Source of the DNA: Octopus sinensis
Lineage: Eukaryota
DNA: 64,000 bases
Assembly (NCBI RefSeq): GCF_006345805.1
Contig: NW_021836151.1
Coordinates: 183,743-247,742 of the forward strand
Direction of reading: 5' to 3'
Each line of letters opens with the position of its first letter. The stretch's first letter is position 1. The notes beneath the pieces were generated by a model, which had not been told where the DNA came from, ran no database searches, and worked only from the letters and a program-made list of their open reading frames with translations. The translations under genes and the position numbers were made by a program. This document shows positions 38,100-52,205 of this stretch, one piece after another.

Positions 38100-38960
38100 T
38101 AAATGTTTTAAATCGCCAGATTTCAATCTAATTGAACATTTATAGAAAATTTTAAAATTCAAAATTGATTTAAGGAAATCGCAAACAATCACCAAATTAA
38201 GAACAATTTGCTTGAAGAATGGAAAATATTATGTTACAGTCGGATAAATGGACACGCGAATAAATGGACACTTTCAAAATTTCATTTTTGAGCAATATTA
38301 CCATACAAAATACATTTGATTTTTCTAAGTCTCACTTTAAACACATTTTTAATAATTTTGGTACCTGTTGAAAAAAGCAGGATATCGAAAAAACCAACAT
38401 CCCACTGACATCAACAATTTTTATTGATCATCGAAAAGTCTATTTGATTTTTGGTTAACCATTAAAAAATAATGATTTAAAATTGTAAATAAATCGGTTA
38501 AAATTGAGATAATAATTAAAATTTACATTAGAAAATAGAAAACTGTCTATCATTTTATCTCCAGCAATAAGAAGTTTTGAATACGCTTCTTCACGTGCAT
38601 CTACGATTGCACTGTCGACATCTCCCGATAATAATTGTTCGATTTCCGACTCCGTTATTGGATTTGGATTTTGAAAACTATGTCTTTGTTAATGAAAATA
38701 TTCAAAGAGCATTTAGAAAAAGATTGAAAACTAAAATTTATTAAAAACCGTCTTCAGGTCAAAAAAGATTACTAAACGTTTTCTTTTTGAGCAGAATTTT
38801 CTTGGGACTTCAAATAAAGAGCTTGATTCAATTATTTTTTTAACAGAAGCAAAATTAATGAAATGCAAAGAATGTGTTCATAGATATTGGGCAACATTAT
38901 TCCGGAAATAGCATAAAAATATGTTAGAACATTTGTTAATAGGTTTGCTGGAAAATGAGA
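38100..38960. mobile_element. Tc1 (plus strand, about 38100-38225) and pogo-like (about 38237-38960) relics
   Basis: KSPDFNLIEHL motif, followed by a ta-cagtcggataaatggacac TIR-like start and a decayed minus-strand frame. Confidence 0.5.
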
Positions 38961-39400
38961 CGTGTAAGTATTAAAAATAACAAATATTTAAAAGTGATCT
39001 TTTTATGAAAATATAAATTTACGATTTTTTAAAAGATTTTGAATGCTTAGTACTTTAATTAAATACATTAAGTGGGGTCCACCTGATTAGTTAACTTTAC
39101 TCTGTCTTTCTAAAAAAATAAAGTGCGTTTCGGCCTAATGGAGAAACCTGGTACTGGTAACATTGCCAAGTCAATCCAGAAAAGGCTTTGAATAATTGAA
39201 TAAGTGGGGTTTCCTGATGTTATTTTTAGATCAAGTTCATTCTGATAATTAATTTAGATAAATTTTGGGATGGTCCTTTTTATGGAAATTATTTTATCAA
39301 AAAAACTAACGAATGACAAACATAAAATTGGAAATGAAATTTAATTAAAATCAATAAGCAAATTTATAATATTCATAGAATTTTTGTCCGAAGATTAATT

Positions 39401-41944
39401 CTAAAATATGTCTATTTTTCTCAATACCAAAATTAGTTCCAAACAAATTACATATTTCCACGACGGAATAATCAAAAACAGCGCGCTGCACGTGATCGAC
39501 ACTGGGCTCGGATCCACGACATTTAAATTTGTACCAGTCAACATAAAAATCACTTATGACTCCTGCCTGTAAATTGGTGATTTATTACATGCCAGACAAA
39601 ATTTTTAGATTTTTATCATGCGTAGCGTGTGCTAAATTAAGCGTTTCCTCGTTCTTTAATAATTGTATGTTTTTGACAACAAACACGTCTTCTTCACCTT
39701 CTTCCATTAATACGTCCTGTATTCATTCATTTTGTATACCTTGGCCACCAAAAATAACTTAAACTCTTCATCTGTTCTTTTAAGTTTTATCAATTCTTCG
39801 ATCAGTCGTTTAAGTAATTTTTCAGTACATGCGGTGTTAATGACTACATTTCAAATATATATTCGACCATGAGACATCTTGATTTTGATTTTCTGTTCGA
39901 TTGCTTTAATTGATACATATTCGTATAGCACAGCTATAGAAGATATATTTTCTGCTTCGATCACGAATTTGTCATCTCTGTAGATAAAGACATTTTTCAC
40001 AACTTGAATCGGCAGCAAACTAATGTCCCGAGATTGAGCGATTTGAAATAATAAACTACGTCTGTAGTAGTTATAGTTTCAGGAACTTCTGGAAAACAGT
40101 CGGAAATCCAATTATTACATTCTACTGCCGAAAATGTTCCCGTTATTTTCAACAAATTCACATCGCTAAATTAAATCAGGATTTGAAAAATTACGCGATA
40201 GGCTCATAACTATTTATTCGTTGGTGATGAGACATGGGCTTTACTTTAATAGACATTTTTTTGACAGTTTGAATGGAACTGTTGTACAAAACATAAATAT
40301 GTATCCATCCAACTTGCCCTTCAACAAAATTGAGGTTGATTTTAAAGTTATTCCTCGACCAATCAAATTTAATAGAAAATGTTGTCTAATAAATACTTTT
40401 TAATATATGACCTTGTATTCAGAATGGTTCTGGATATGATCTAAGAAACAGCCCTCTTCTATGTTAACAACATCAACGTAAATCGTACTCTAAAACTACT
40501 TAACAAATATAAACCACTAAAATTATGTGCTCGGTATTTAGTGAGCACTGAACTTCGAGGGTATGAAACTTTTTATCAAAATTCCAGATCAATTTATGTT
40601 GGATCTCGATGACAGGAAACACGACAACTTTGCCCTTTTTTGCTTTCCGAGAAAATATTTTCGCAGCCTCGTTTCTCTGAATTTCAAGATCATTTTCAAT
40701 TTCTTCAATTCTATTTGAAATTAAAATGAGCCACTAATTAACGTTTCCTTATTATCTTGTGCTACTTTCAATTCCGGATGCTTATCATCGGTGGTTATCT
40801 CGATTATCCATCCTATGGAACTAAAAATCATCAAATAAACCCTTGATAGTAGAGCATAACAGTTTCATCTCTCCAGAGTATTTTAATACTTGAATACATG
40901 TAACCGAATCGTCAATGTCCTGAAATGACTGTTTTCAAATTATACAGCGAATCCTAGACATGAGAAGATCCCTCCGAAGGAACAGGAGTAGATGCGAATG
41001 TGTCCCTTTTCAGTTCCCACTGCAACCTTCATCATATATTCCTCCACTTCAAAAGTTTCAATACAGGCGACTTGGTGATATGATTTGAAAACTTACTATT
41101 GTCAACTTCTGGAGTTTTGTATTCCCAAACTATTGTTAGAGTTTTCCTGAAATAAAAACACAGCTCAAACATATCAAATCGAAGCATTCCAATTGTTCCA
41201 TCATAAGCACCAAATAATATTTCATGTTTTTCTAGACAAATATTTAATCCAAAAACCGTTCTTTGATCGAGCTACATTTAAAACTAAGCAAGGACTGGAG
41301 AGTTCAACTTCATGTAATATTTCTCCACCCTGTGAAATAGATTGATGAAAAGTAACTTCCAATGCTCGAATTCTTCGATCAGAAGTCGCTATACACGAGA
41401 ATATTGCCGAATTCATAGAAATGGCGATAATGTCATTGATACAATATCCTAATTGACAATTAAAAACTTCATAGTTATCTTCAAAACAATATATTGTCTG
41501 ATTAGTGCAGATTATTTTTATTTTTTCACAAGGAAGCCTTAGAAACCTTATACATAGATTGTACATTATTGTGATATCTTCATGGATTGGGTAATGTATT
41601 TCGTTTTCCAGCTCTCCTTCCGAAAACAACAAAATTTTATCGACGGTGGAAACATAAATTTTATCGTTTTGGGTGATTATATTCTTATATTTAATAATTC
41701 TTCCTTCATAATTTTTGACTTTTTATATTAGATTAATGTGTACTTTCAGAGAATTTGATCTTATTTTGAAATTTAAAAATTTTCCGCTCATATCTCCGCA
41801 GAATATCTAGCTTATATGAAATTAAATACCTGTTTGTTTGGTCCAACATGAAAACACTTTTTCGAGATGCTATTTATCTAGGATATTAGTTTGTGTACTC
41901 ATTTCCTGCATTAGGTAGCTCAATCTTAGTTTTGGCTCAATCAT
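39401..41944 (-). CDS. BBS7: BBSome subunit BBS7
   Basis: SYLMQ|...KQIFCGDMSG, CINDI, IATSDRRIRAL...EVELSSP, WISDCFPEVP, ENISSIAVL, ISDFYVDWYKFK are co-linear with BBS7. Confidence 0.88.
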
Positions 41945-42142
41945 TTATTATTATTGTAACTATTAGTAACAATTTTAATACATGTAATAAAAATCTACGG
42001 ATTTTAAAAAATAGTTCATTTAAGAAATTTAATATTTTAATTGAATAAATAAATATTATATTTGAATAAAAAAATTAACTAATATCTGAAATTAAATTTG
42101 ATTTTAACAAACATTTATTATGGGCAATTGCAAAAGCATGGA

Positions 42143-43826
42143 ATGCAAAAACCAACAAAAATATCTCTTATAATGCTGACCCTAAATGGAGTAACTAATT
42201 TAAATACAGTGACAGATTACAACCAATACCATAATCTCTTTTGTGCAGCCTTTTCTTCTGAAATGATACGGGTACTGTTTTTATTCGCGAGTTTTTGTAG
42301 TTTTTTGGATTTGAAGAATATCAGAAAGGCTATTACGTAGGAATTGTTCAAACTGCATTTTACGTTGGAAGAATATTTGGATGGTAACTTTAAAAAAAAT
42401 TTTATCAGCCTTATCGTCGGACGAATTTCTGATAAGATTAGCAAATATTGTACACTTAAAATATGCTTTGGATTGTGTGCTGTCTTCACTTTTCTGACTG
42501 GATTTTCTTTTAATATCTATTTTGTCAGTATCATGTCTTTGTCTCGGATTGGTTTCTGGTTGTCTTGAATTTTTATTTTACAAGGAACGGCTGGAAAAAT
42601 AAAGCGATGGTTCATGATTTATGTGATGAGGAACATCAATCTATTGGAATGTTATTCCACATGATCGGAGTGTCTCTCGGAGGAATACTTGGTCCATTTT
42701 TTGGAGGTTAATGACTATTATAACAATTGTCAGGATATTTACAAAATCCGAACTTGCTGTATCCAAATGTATTTGGAAATGTAGCCTTTTTCCATAAGTA
42801 TCCTTATTTCTTGTGTTCGCTGGTCGTAGTCTTTCTGACAATCATTAACATAATAATAATATACCCAGCTGAATATTCACAGAATAAGAAGTAATAGCGT
42901 CATTAACCATATATTAGGTCATTACTACTAGAGCACTTGAATAGTATTGAAGTTCCCGAAATAGAAGATAAAAAGAAGCCTGAAACCACCATTATGGCAT
43001 TCAAAAGAATTACTAAGTATTCTGGAGTTTTTAGACACAGGTCTCGAGGGACGCTTATTTCTCTGGCGATATATATGATATTTTCTCTATTTTATGTGGG
43101 AAGCACGGAACTCATTGTGGTTTATTTATCTACAGAAATATCATCTGGTAAGCCAATTTTGTTATGCGTAGGTGGGTTGGAGAAATCTTCTAAACAGATA
43201 GGGGACTTTCTCATATATTCCTCACTTCCGTCGATAGTTATACAATCGTTTGTTTTTACGAAAATAATGAATAACGTTGGAGTTATTCAGGTTGAGTATT
43301 TTGATAAACACTTTATTAGGTCACCAAATACGGAAATGTGATTCTTTTACCTTTGACTTTGATTGTTCCACTAAGTTATACCATTAGAATTCACAGGTTT
43401 CCGATTTTTCTATTCTTTTAGATCAATTATTGAAACGGAAATATTTTTATATTTTGTGTTTATTATCATTCGCGCTATTACTTACATAATATTTGGATCA
43501 ATTGCATTGATGCTTAACAATTCCGTCAAAATTGAAGATATTGGTACGATTAATGGGATTGGCTTGTCACTCTCTTGTATTTTTAGGTTTATTACATCAT
43601 TTCTTAGTTATCTAGGGCACTGGCTCCAATAACCTTTGATAGCATTTACTCAGTGACCATAATGCATGAGACTAAAATCGGAAAAATTTTTGGAGCATTA
43701 ATCTCATTTAGTTCAACTGGAGTCGTCGTTCTTCTTGTAATTATTTTATGTTTCTATGTTCCGAAATGCCTCAACTCGAGGAAAAATAGTGATACCATAA
43801 TTAATACTTATTTAAAAATAATTTAA
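42143..43826 (+). CDS. MFS transporter (ZIFL1/MFSD10 family-like)
   Basis: GYYVG....AFYVGRIFG, GRISDKI, EEHQS, GPFFGG, HKYPYFL, GTINGIG. Many micro-introns. Start approximate. Confidence 0.8.
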
Positions 43827-44247
43827 TTTCAATATACTAATGAAAAATGTTTAGTCTGAGATATCAATTAATTAAAAAGTTGTGTAAATCCGTTTCTTCG
43901 AAACAAACTTACATGGTGTTGAAACAATATTTAGTTCCATATTAAGAGAACAGCCAACTTAATATAAATTATGAGATAAAAAATAAGGAGTGGAAAATAT
44001 TGGCAAACTTCATTTTTCTTTCAATATTTTTATTGGTCCTGGTGCAATGTTCGCTTAATTTATCAAAACATCGTAGATCTAGTGGAAGTCTACACGTAAA
44101 AATTGATTCTATCAAAGACTCGTGAATCTTTAAAATTTTTAGAATTTATAGAATTTTATTTTTAACAAAAGTAACTTTATAATTCACACTTACTATAAAA
44201 TATTGTTTCTTAGTAATATTGTTGTTTGCCATAAAACTATTTCGTTA

Positions 44248-47200
44248 ATGACAGAATTGAACGGCTCACTTTATGAACGAGATAATTTATACGACGTAAC
44301 CCTATTGATTGACAAACGTGTTCCCGACTTCAAAAATTTACAATTGGAAGACAAATTTCAATATTTAGGAAAATCAACAGATGGTTCTGACCTTATAAGT
44401 GAGCTTAATAAGGTTGTATTTTTATATTCAAGTAAATTAGTTCAACGATGAGTGTCAAGTCGAAATAGCTAATCTCAATTATATTGAGGAAAAACTATTT
44501 GAGGCAGAAGTCATGAGCATTAAAAATAGTTATTATTTTTTTTAATTCTCGAGAATTTCCTCTCCGAGATTGCATCCGCGCAAGAGTACCGAAAAATGAT
44601 TTTCTTCTAAAATCTGAAGATTACAGAAGAAACAATGAACCAATGAAAAAACAAAGGTTATGAAAAATTTATTTTTTTTAGCCAAATGCGATTACACTCA
44701 AAAATTAAAACTGAATGCATTCTTCAAATGAGAATCTGGTGCGATGACGAAGAGGATGTTTAACATGCAAACAAATAAACTCTCACAGTGAAGATGAGTT
44801 TAAAGTACTGAAATATTCCTCCTCCTGATTTGAAGACTTTGCCAACAAAAAACGCACCTCCTCGTCTCCCTATGGATATCTTTGAGTTTGAAATGAGAAA
44901 AATTGAAGAGTTTAAAGCAAAAGCAGAATTTAGACCAAATGAGCTTAGAAACGAAAGTTCTTCTAGTAATATAAGAATGATATATATTAATAGAATCAGT
45001 ACTGACTTTGTTCTCCCCCACCCAGTGGTTTTCACGGAATACGACTCCAACAACTATCATAAGGTAACACAATAATTAAAATTTGTAGAAAATACTAAAA
45101 AATAAAAAAAACATTGTCAAGCCAGAAATTTCTTAGTCGTTTCGTTAGAAGCAACGAGTACTAGTCTAGTCGGACCGGAATGGAATTAAGTTGGTCATGG
45201 ATTTATTCCCGACTGCCTCGAAATTATGATGACAAAATAACCTTGAAATTCAAGGACTGGGCTCAGTTGACATTTTAATTATTGGTAGACGTCGAAACTG
45301 ATCAAATAAACTCATCATTTATAAATTATATTTTCTTAAATTGTATTCAGATTTTCTTAGTGGATAGCTCTATTTTATTGGAAATGTACTTGTCAATGAT
45401 TCGCAGATATACCATCACAAAGTTATAAATACAGGAAATCGAGGACGGTTTTGGATTTGTAGAAAAATTGAATGGGATGAGAACTTTATAAAATTTATTA
45501 ATCTAAGGTTTACAAAAATGACTATAATAGAATGAAAATTTAACGTTGAAATGCGAGCAATATACTGTAACCCCAAATTATTTCGAATTGGACGAACACG
45601 AAGAAGTTACTCTTACATTCGTATTTACTCCTGACGGAAATTACAGTTTGCATGAAAATTTAGTTATTGTTTGTGACAATTATACATTTCGTGAAATCAC
45701 TATTAAGGGGTTTTTAGTTATTTATATTGGCATTAGGAAATGGAGAAATTGCTTGTTGTGAGTTAATAAACGTTGAATTGGGCGAATATTTTCCAGAAAA
45801 CAGAGATTTGTTGGACGCAGCGGCAACTAATTTTATTAAGTTTATGGGACAAAATAAATCCGAACGAGAATTCAAGTCTATAATAAAAGGTACCCAAAAA
45901 AGTGTTTAACTGATAGCAACGTATCTCTAGAATATTGTTGGTCAATGCAAAGACATCAGTGCTACAAAAAATCATATGCTACCACTTCTTTTGATGACTC
46001 TAATTTCCAAATACAACCTCCGCATGGAACGTTAATGCCTCGGGAAACAAAACGTTATAAAATCAGTTATTCTCCTACCTCCGTTGATAATTCCTATTCG
46101 TATTTATTTTCTAGATTGGAGAACATAAAAGCGTTATTCAACTCATTCTGCAAAATATTCCTGTTTGGACAAGTATATATATAAATTATTGTAGATAAAG
46201 AGAATAAAATATGTCGAGATAGCATCAACAGTTTGAGAATAGGTTTGATAGGAGAACGAAAAGAAATAAAATGTTTATTAAAACCGCTTTTTCTGGAAAT
46301 TGAGGATGTATGTTTAGTAGGGACTACAAAAAGATATAATATTGAAGTATTTTACTAATATTCTAAAAAAATAGTTATATAATACAAATACATGTAAAAT
46401 CAAGTATTTGTGGGAAGAAGTAATTGATGAGTCATGCATAATCGAAGCAATTCCACAATCTGGAGAATTGGGTTAAATTATGTTTTGATTTGATTATTTT
46501 TTGATTCAGGACCCTCCCAACGTAAAGTTTTACAAATTTCTCTCACGGGGCGAATAGCTGGGTTTTTAGACAAAATAATATGCTTGTGGGTAGAGAACAG
46601 AGAAACCCCTATAGAGTTTCCAATTAAAGCCAACTTTAAAGTTTGAATCATCGAAGGACTTTATTTAGGAATGTGAAATTTCACTTTCAAGTAGCGTTAT
46701 TGATTTTGGGAATGTGAATTATTTAAAACAAGTCGAACAAACTTTAGAAATCTACAATCTCTCCGAATTACAAGCACTCTGGAAGATTGACATGAATTCT
46801 TCAAATGTATTTGATATTTGTGATAAATTTAGATAAATATTATTAAATTTGATGAAACGAGCGGAAAAATTCTACCTTTCAAGAGCAATTCAGTCAAATT
46901 AGTTTTTATGCCTCAAGAATAGGATACAATGAAGATTTTGTTAAAGTATATACAGATCCGGAGAAACCAAAGTAATTCATTTTAAAAACTAAAAAGAATA
47001 TTAAAGATAATTTCAAATGTAATCGAACAAAGTCTGGCATTTAAAAATGTTCATATTTATCTCGACGAATGGTATGTGTCGATACCACGAAAATTCAAAG
47101 TAGAAAATAATCAATCAAACTCCTCTGAAAACAAATTTCAAACTCAACGATGTAATAAACCATTTAATATGATAATTCCGTTAGCCTGTCACTGAATTAG

Positions 47201-49501
47201 AAGAGTTTGAATTGATATATTCTTCCACTACTGGAACACTTGAAGGAGGAGAGACTTGTGAAGTAGAAATTACTATTCAAATAAACTCGCCGGTATGACT
47301 TTTAAATTAATTTAATTTTTGTTTGATTTTAATTTTGTTTAGATTTTTATCCGAGAGTTTTTTCTACCACTGACTTTTAGTAACGAGAAAGAAATATATG
47401 CAAGTATTACTGGTGAGGTTAAAGGCCTCGATTTGAGTTTCAGAATTCCAGAAAATAAAACTTGGTATATCTTAAAATTCATACAAAATAGGGAAAAATT
47501 AACGTCGGTGACAATAATCATGCCTGAATGTAACACACTGGAAAAATCCTGTTCTTATAAATTGCGGATCCGCAACGACACTGCAATTAAAACATCATAC
47601 AAAGCCACCATGCAAAACTTTCCAATTTCACAAAATTTATACTCAGGGTATTTTAATTGAAATAAATTTTGGAATTTAAGCAACAGTCAGGATGTAAAAA
47701 CAGATTCATTAACTCATCACGACAGTTCACCAATTCGTAAAACTATTTCAAAATTTGTAAGCTTCAGAGACAGTTCACGGAATATACTTATATTGTTCAC
47801 CTAATTGCGGCGTTCTGGAAGAATTTGAAGAAGTAACGCTGACGATAAACTTAATGTCAGATATGTGGGGAGAATATGAAGACATTTTACTACTTAAGGT
47901 GTATATTTTAGCGATCAAAACACTAGTTTGATTTATTGGAAATGATAAAAATACGATTACTGGTCACTGTCTTAGGAACTCCTTTGTTTTTTCCAATGTT
48001 TTCCAGTATGAAAAACTATAACAAAATCCAGTAAAATTGTGAAATCTATGTTACAGTTTTGGACAACAATTAAGAAATACTAGTGATCAAATCAAAGAAA
48101 TACGAATAAAAAATTTGGGGCCGTGTGGTTTGGTGATATTTTAATATCTACTAAAAGATATACATTTGCATTTTGAGATTCATCACGTGACAATCGATCA
48201 TCTCAAAAATCCCAAAAAACTATTTAATATAAAAATTTGCAGTCCAAGACCATTTGATAGCCAAGAGTACAAGACGCATCGTCTCTTCCCTCTTGATTTC
48301 ATTCCCGACCAACATCCAATATCTGTCATTCCTACAAACTGCTTCGGAGATAGTAAAGATGGAATATTCTCTATAAACAAAAATAAAATGGTAAGTTAAT
48401 AAATTGAATTTCTGTAGACTATTTTAAGTCGGAAAACTGAAAAACTCTACTTAACATTTGATTTGTCCAAAATCAGCATACAAGGTGAGTTCTATGCAGT
48501 CATTGTCGCATATATGACACTAGACCCATCAGTATATTTTAAATTTTGCTAAATTCAATTTAGAGCATAAAAAGTAGAGGTATTTGTAGAAAAGATGGAT
48601 ACAATATTCTTCCTCTAATGATATATGTGTGTGGATCTACAATACTTCCACAGTTAGTCGCATGGCTTTAGTCATTAGATTATCAATTTCAAAGAATTTA
48701 GTAAAAATTAGAGCTGTGGCTGGAAATTGTATAAAGAATGGAAAAGTGGTGTTTCAATATAACTCTCCAGATTAAGGAAAAAAGAACTGTTTTATGAAAA
48801 AGTGATATTGGAAAATGTTGCTAATATTGGGATGAAATTTTGGTTATCCACCGAGCCTCCTTTCTTCTGCGACGAGAATGTGCGTTATTCAGTGAAAGGG
48901 AATGATAGTAGCGAAGTATTAGCTAATACCTGATATTCTAGGTGAGTTTCGGATTCCAGCTAGAAAACTATGATTAAGATCGAAGAGAGCTTTTCTACAG
49001 AAATGTTATTTGAAAGCTCTTTTGAACTTCATTTCGATAACGGGGATATCCAGGTAATTTAAAAAAAGAAAAACAATATAGAAAACTCCAATAAAATGCT
49101 TTGTTCTCTTACCATTACTCGAAGTTGATAATAGTTCAATAGAGTTTGGAAATGTCCAAATTGGAGATGTCCATGCACGTTCACTAAAAATATTAAACAA
49201 AGGAGCATCTTGCACTTTGTGGGCCATTATATATGGTAAAACTATATACATTTTTGATAGATAACGTAGAACCAAATGAAGCAATAAAAGTTGATTTAGA
49301 AAGTGGATTAATTCAAGGTTATGGAATCACTCCTTCAGAATGTTTAATCACTGTGACATTTATTCCAAGGTAACTAATTTCATTCTATGAATCGATAGAG
49401 AAAATGTTATTTACTCACAAAAACTTTATGTAATCGACAAATTAACTCAGAGGAAATCAATTGTCGAAGTAACTGGTTATGGCTCATACAGTGAGGACTA
49501 A
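44248..49501 (+). CDS. DLEC1: Ciliary central-pair protein DLEC1 (CFAP81)
   Basis: VVFTEY, FIPDCL, NTGNRGRFWI...W, FEL...F.P...IVCDN, FQIQP..G.L.P, C-terminal GYGSYSED*. Repeated ASH-like domains. Confidence 0.82.
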
Positions 49502-49839
49502 TTAGAATAACAAGTTTAAATTAACTAATTATTTTCAAAATAATCAAAATCCTTAAATATCTTTGTTCCCTTAATTCTAGTATTACTAGAAATATTAGTA
49601 AACTGAAATTTTACAAAAATAGGTTAGTTAAGTTCCTTAAAGTTATGATTAAAATAATTTATAAATAGTCTAGTCAATAAATATCTGTAATGCATTAAAG
49701 TCAAAAAACGAACAATATATACTGCAACCATCATTTACTTATTTTTTTACTCTGTTGCAATTATATAGTATTCCAAGCAATTTAGGTGATTTCAAGTAAT
49801 GTTGTCTTCTCTTGGAGACTAGATTTGCGTCAAAAATTA

Positions 49840-50300
49840 CAAAAATTCTTTCCGTTTACCAGAATCTACATAGGGCATTTCCGATACCGAACTAAGGAAT
49901 CTTGACTCCTTTCACGGAAAACAGCTTCGTGTCTTAAATGGCGTATACTGGCCTCAGAAATCAACAACTCATCTTTATATAGGCTCAGCAACTCGGCGCC
50001 AATCAGTCGTGATATTATAGATGACCGCTGGAGACTAGTTGGCCATATCCTAAGAATGAACCCAACTGCAACTGCATACCAGGCCATGAAGAATTCTTTC
50101 TGTCAGATAGACCAAAATTTCGTAGACGACTACAAACAACAATTCCGGCTGTTCTGCAATATAATCTAATTTGCGCGGAAAAAAAACCCTAAACAACTGC
50201 GATGACCTGGAAGAACTCTGGAAGGTGAAAAACGATGGTTAAGAAGATTGTGTCGTATGTGTGCACGTGCGGGAATATGACTTATTCTATCCATGTTCAT
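49840..50300 (+). pseudogene. RTE-clade LINE 3' fragment
   Basis: LDSFHGKQLRVLNGVYWPQKINNSSLY...RWRLVGHILRM. Confidence 0.8.
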
Positions 50301-51179
50301 ACGGGAAGTGCTATAATAATAAACAAAAGAATAGTGAACTTATTTCTGAATCACTGTGAATTTTAAATTGTGGCAATTACAGAAATTGAAAGCATAGATT
50401 TTGAGTGGAATAATGGTTTGGGGGTGTTTTACCGAGTTTCTGTGTGTTTTTTAAACAAGTCTACATTAAAAAATACTTAAAAAATCACTGCTATTTGCTA
50501 ATAAACTGTTCTTTCTAAATTGTTAACAAATAACTTGATTTTTGTTATTTATAATCTGATTTTTTGTATGAAACATAATTTAATTGTTAGTATCTACAGT
50601 TATATAGCATTTATTTCATATATTTATGACATATATAACAAAGATTTTTGTAAATAATTAAAAGGCACACAGATAATGCATATAATTGATATCTGCAACA
50701 TATGTGAAGATTTTCATGATTATCAATTTTTTAGACAGTCAACTCATATTTTTCATAAAATAGTGTTAGTTAGCTTGTAGAATTTCCTAAAAGTTTGCAT
50801 AAATCTCGTAGAAAAATCCTTACTTCCTCGTAGCTAAGATTGGATGTCATTTTTTTCTCTCTATCTCATTTCGCAGCTAGTGAGCAAACGCCAAGTCGAT
50901 CTCATAAATATTAGTTAAAGAAGTTAATAACGAGTCAGTAGCTATCTATACTAATCAATACCCAACGCGGCAATAACCGAATATATAATTGTGTATATAA
51001 GTTTAATATTGCCGTGATGCTGCTTATTATGATGAATTGTTATAATGACGGTTAAAATTTTGAATTTAATACATGATAATATGTTTAGTATTATTTTCTA
51101 ACACTAATGAAATTATCATAATTAATATATTGATTACAACAAAGAGAACACAATAAATTAATTAACAAAGTTTAGCTCG

Positions 51180-52121
51180 GTCTCTAAATCAAATTTTAAT
51201 GGTTTGATTTCCATGTTTAGATAACTCAAAAATTTTTATTGGAATGCTGAACAAAGAACAAAATGAGAGAAAGTGTTCGAAAGCTTTTCAACAATTGCGG
51301 AAAAATCGAAGAATGCTCCATTTTGAAGACTCGATGGTGAAAGTCGTGGTTGGTTTGTAATTTCTACAATCAAGGTGTGCATTTATTAAATTTTCCAACC
51401 CGAAAGAAGCCGAATATGCAATAAAATCTCTTCATGGAACAAAAATGTTACCTGTATATTCATATATACAAAATATGAAGGGCGCCTCCTCGAGTTTAGT
51501 CGTAAAAATGGCCGATTCTGAATCAAGAGGGAGTTGCGAAAAATCCAAAAGTATTTGGAACAACAAGGAATAGTAAATCCAATGGTCATATACCCGGCAA
51601 ATTACCCAGTAATTTTAGAGTGTACACGAATAAGCAGGGCAATCAGTACTATCAAACTTCAACCAAAGCAGATCAACGGTCATTTCTCGAAACACGTCAT
51701 TTAATTAATACATTTAGTAGAGAATTTTTGGTACTGGGAAAACCAACTTATTCCAATCACACACTACGTTGCTCCTCTGTCATTACCCGGGCAAAAACAG
51801 AGTAGACCTTAGTCTATGAGATCCTAGTTATCCCAACTGGACCTGAAGGGTGTAACTTGTTTATTTACTATCTCCTCAAGACATCAACAATGAATCATTA
51901 GCGCAATTTTTTTCCCCATTTGGAAACGTCGTCAGTTCAAAAGTGTATGTTGACCGAGCTACAAACCAGAGCAAATGCTTCGGTAATATACTAATTTTAT
52001 CTCTCCAGGATTCATTAGCTACGATAATCAGCAAAGTTGTCAAGAAGCCATCAGAGTAATGAATGGATACCGAATTGGAAAGAAAAGGCTCAAAGTTCAA
52101 ATCAAAAAGAGCAGAAACTGA
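51180..52121 (+). CDS. CELF: CELF/Bruno-like RNA-binding protein (RRM2 and RRM3 seen; 5' end uncertain)
   Basis: [60 protein letters not shown]. Confidence 0.9.
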
Positions 52122-52205
52122 CATTAATTAAACTTATTGATATTAATTAATTGATTAAAGACACCACAAAAAGTCCTAGCTAATACTGAGGAAAATATAA
52201 ACACA

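Noticed and set aside
42143-43826. Plant/fungal-like ZIFL transporter as horizontal transfer
   Set aside because: It has many host-type micro-introns and the wider family has animal members. No phylogeny could be run.
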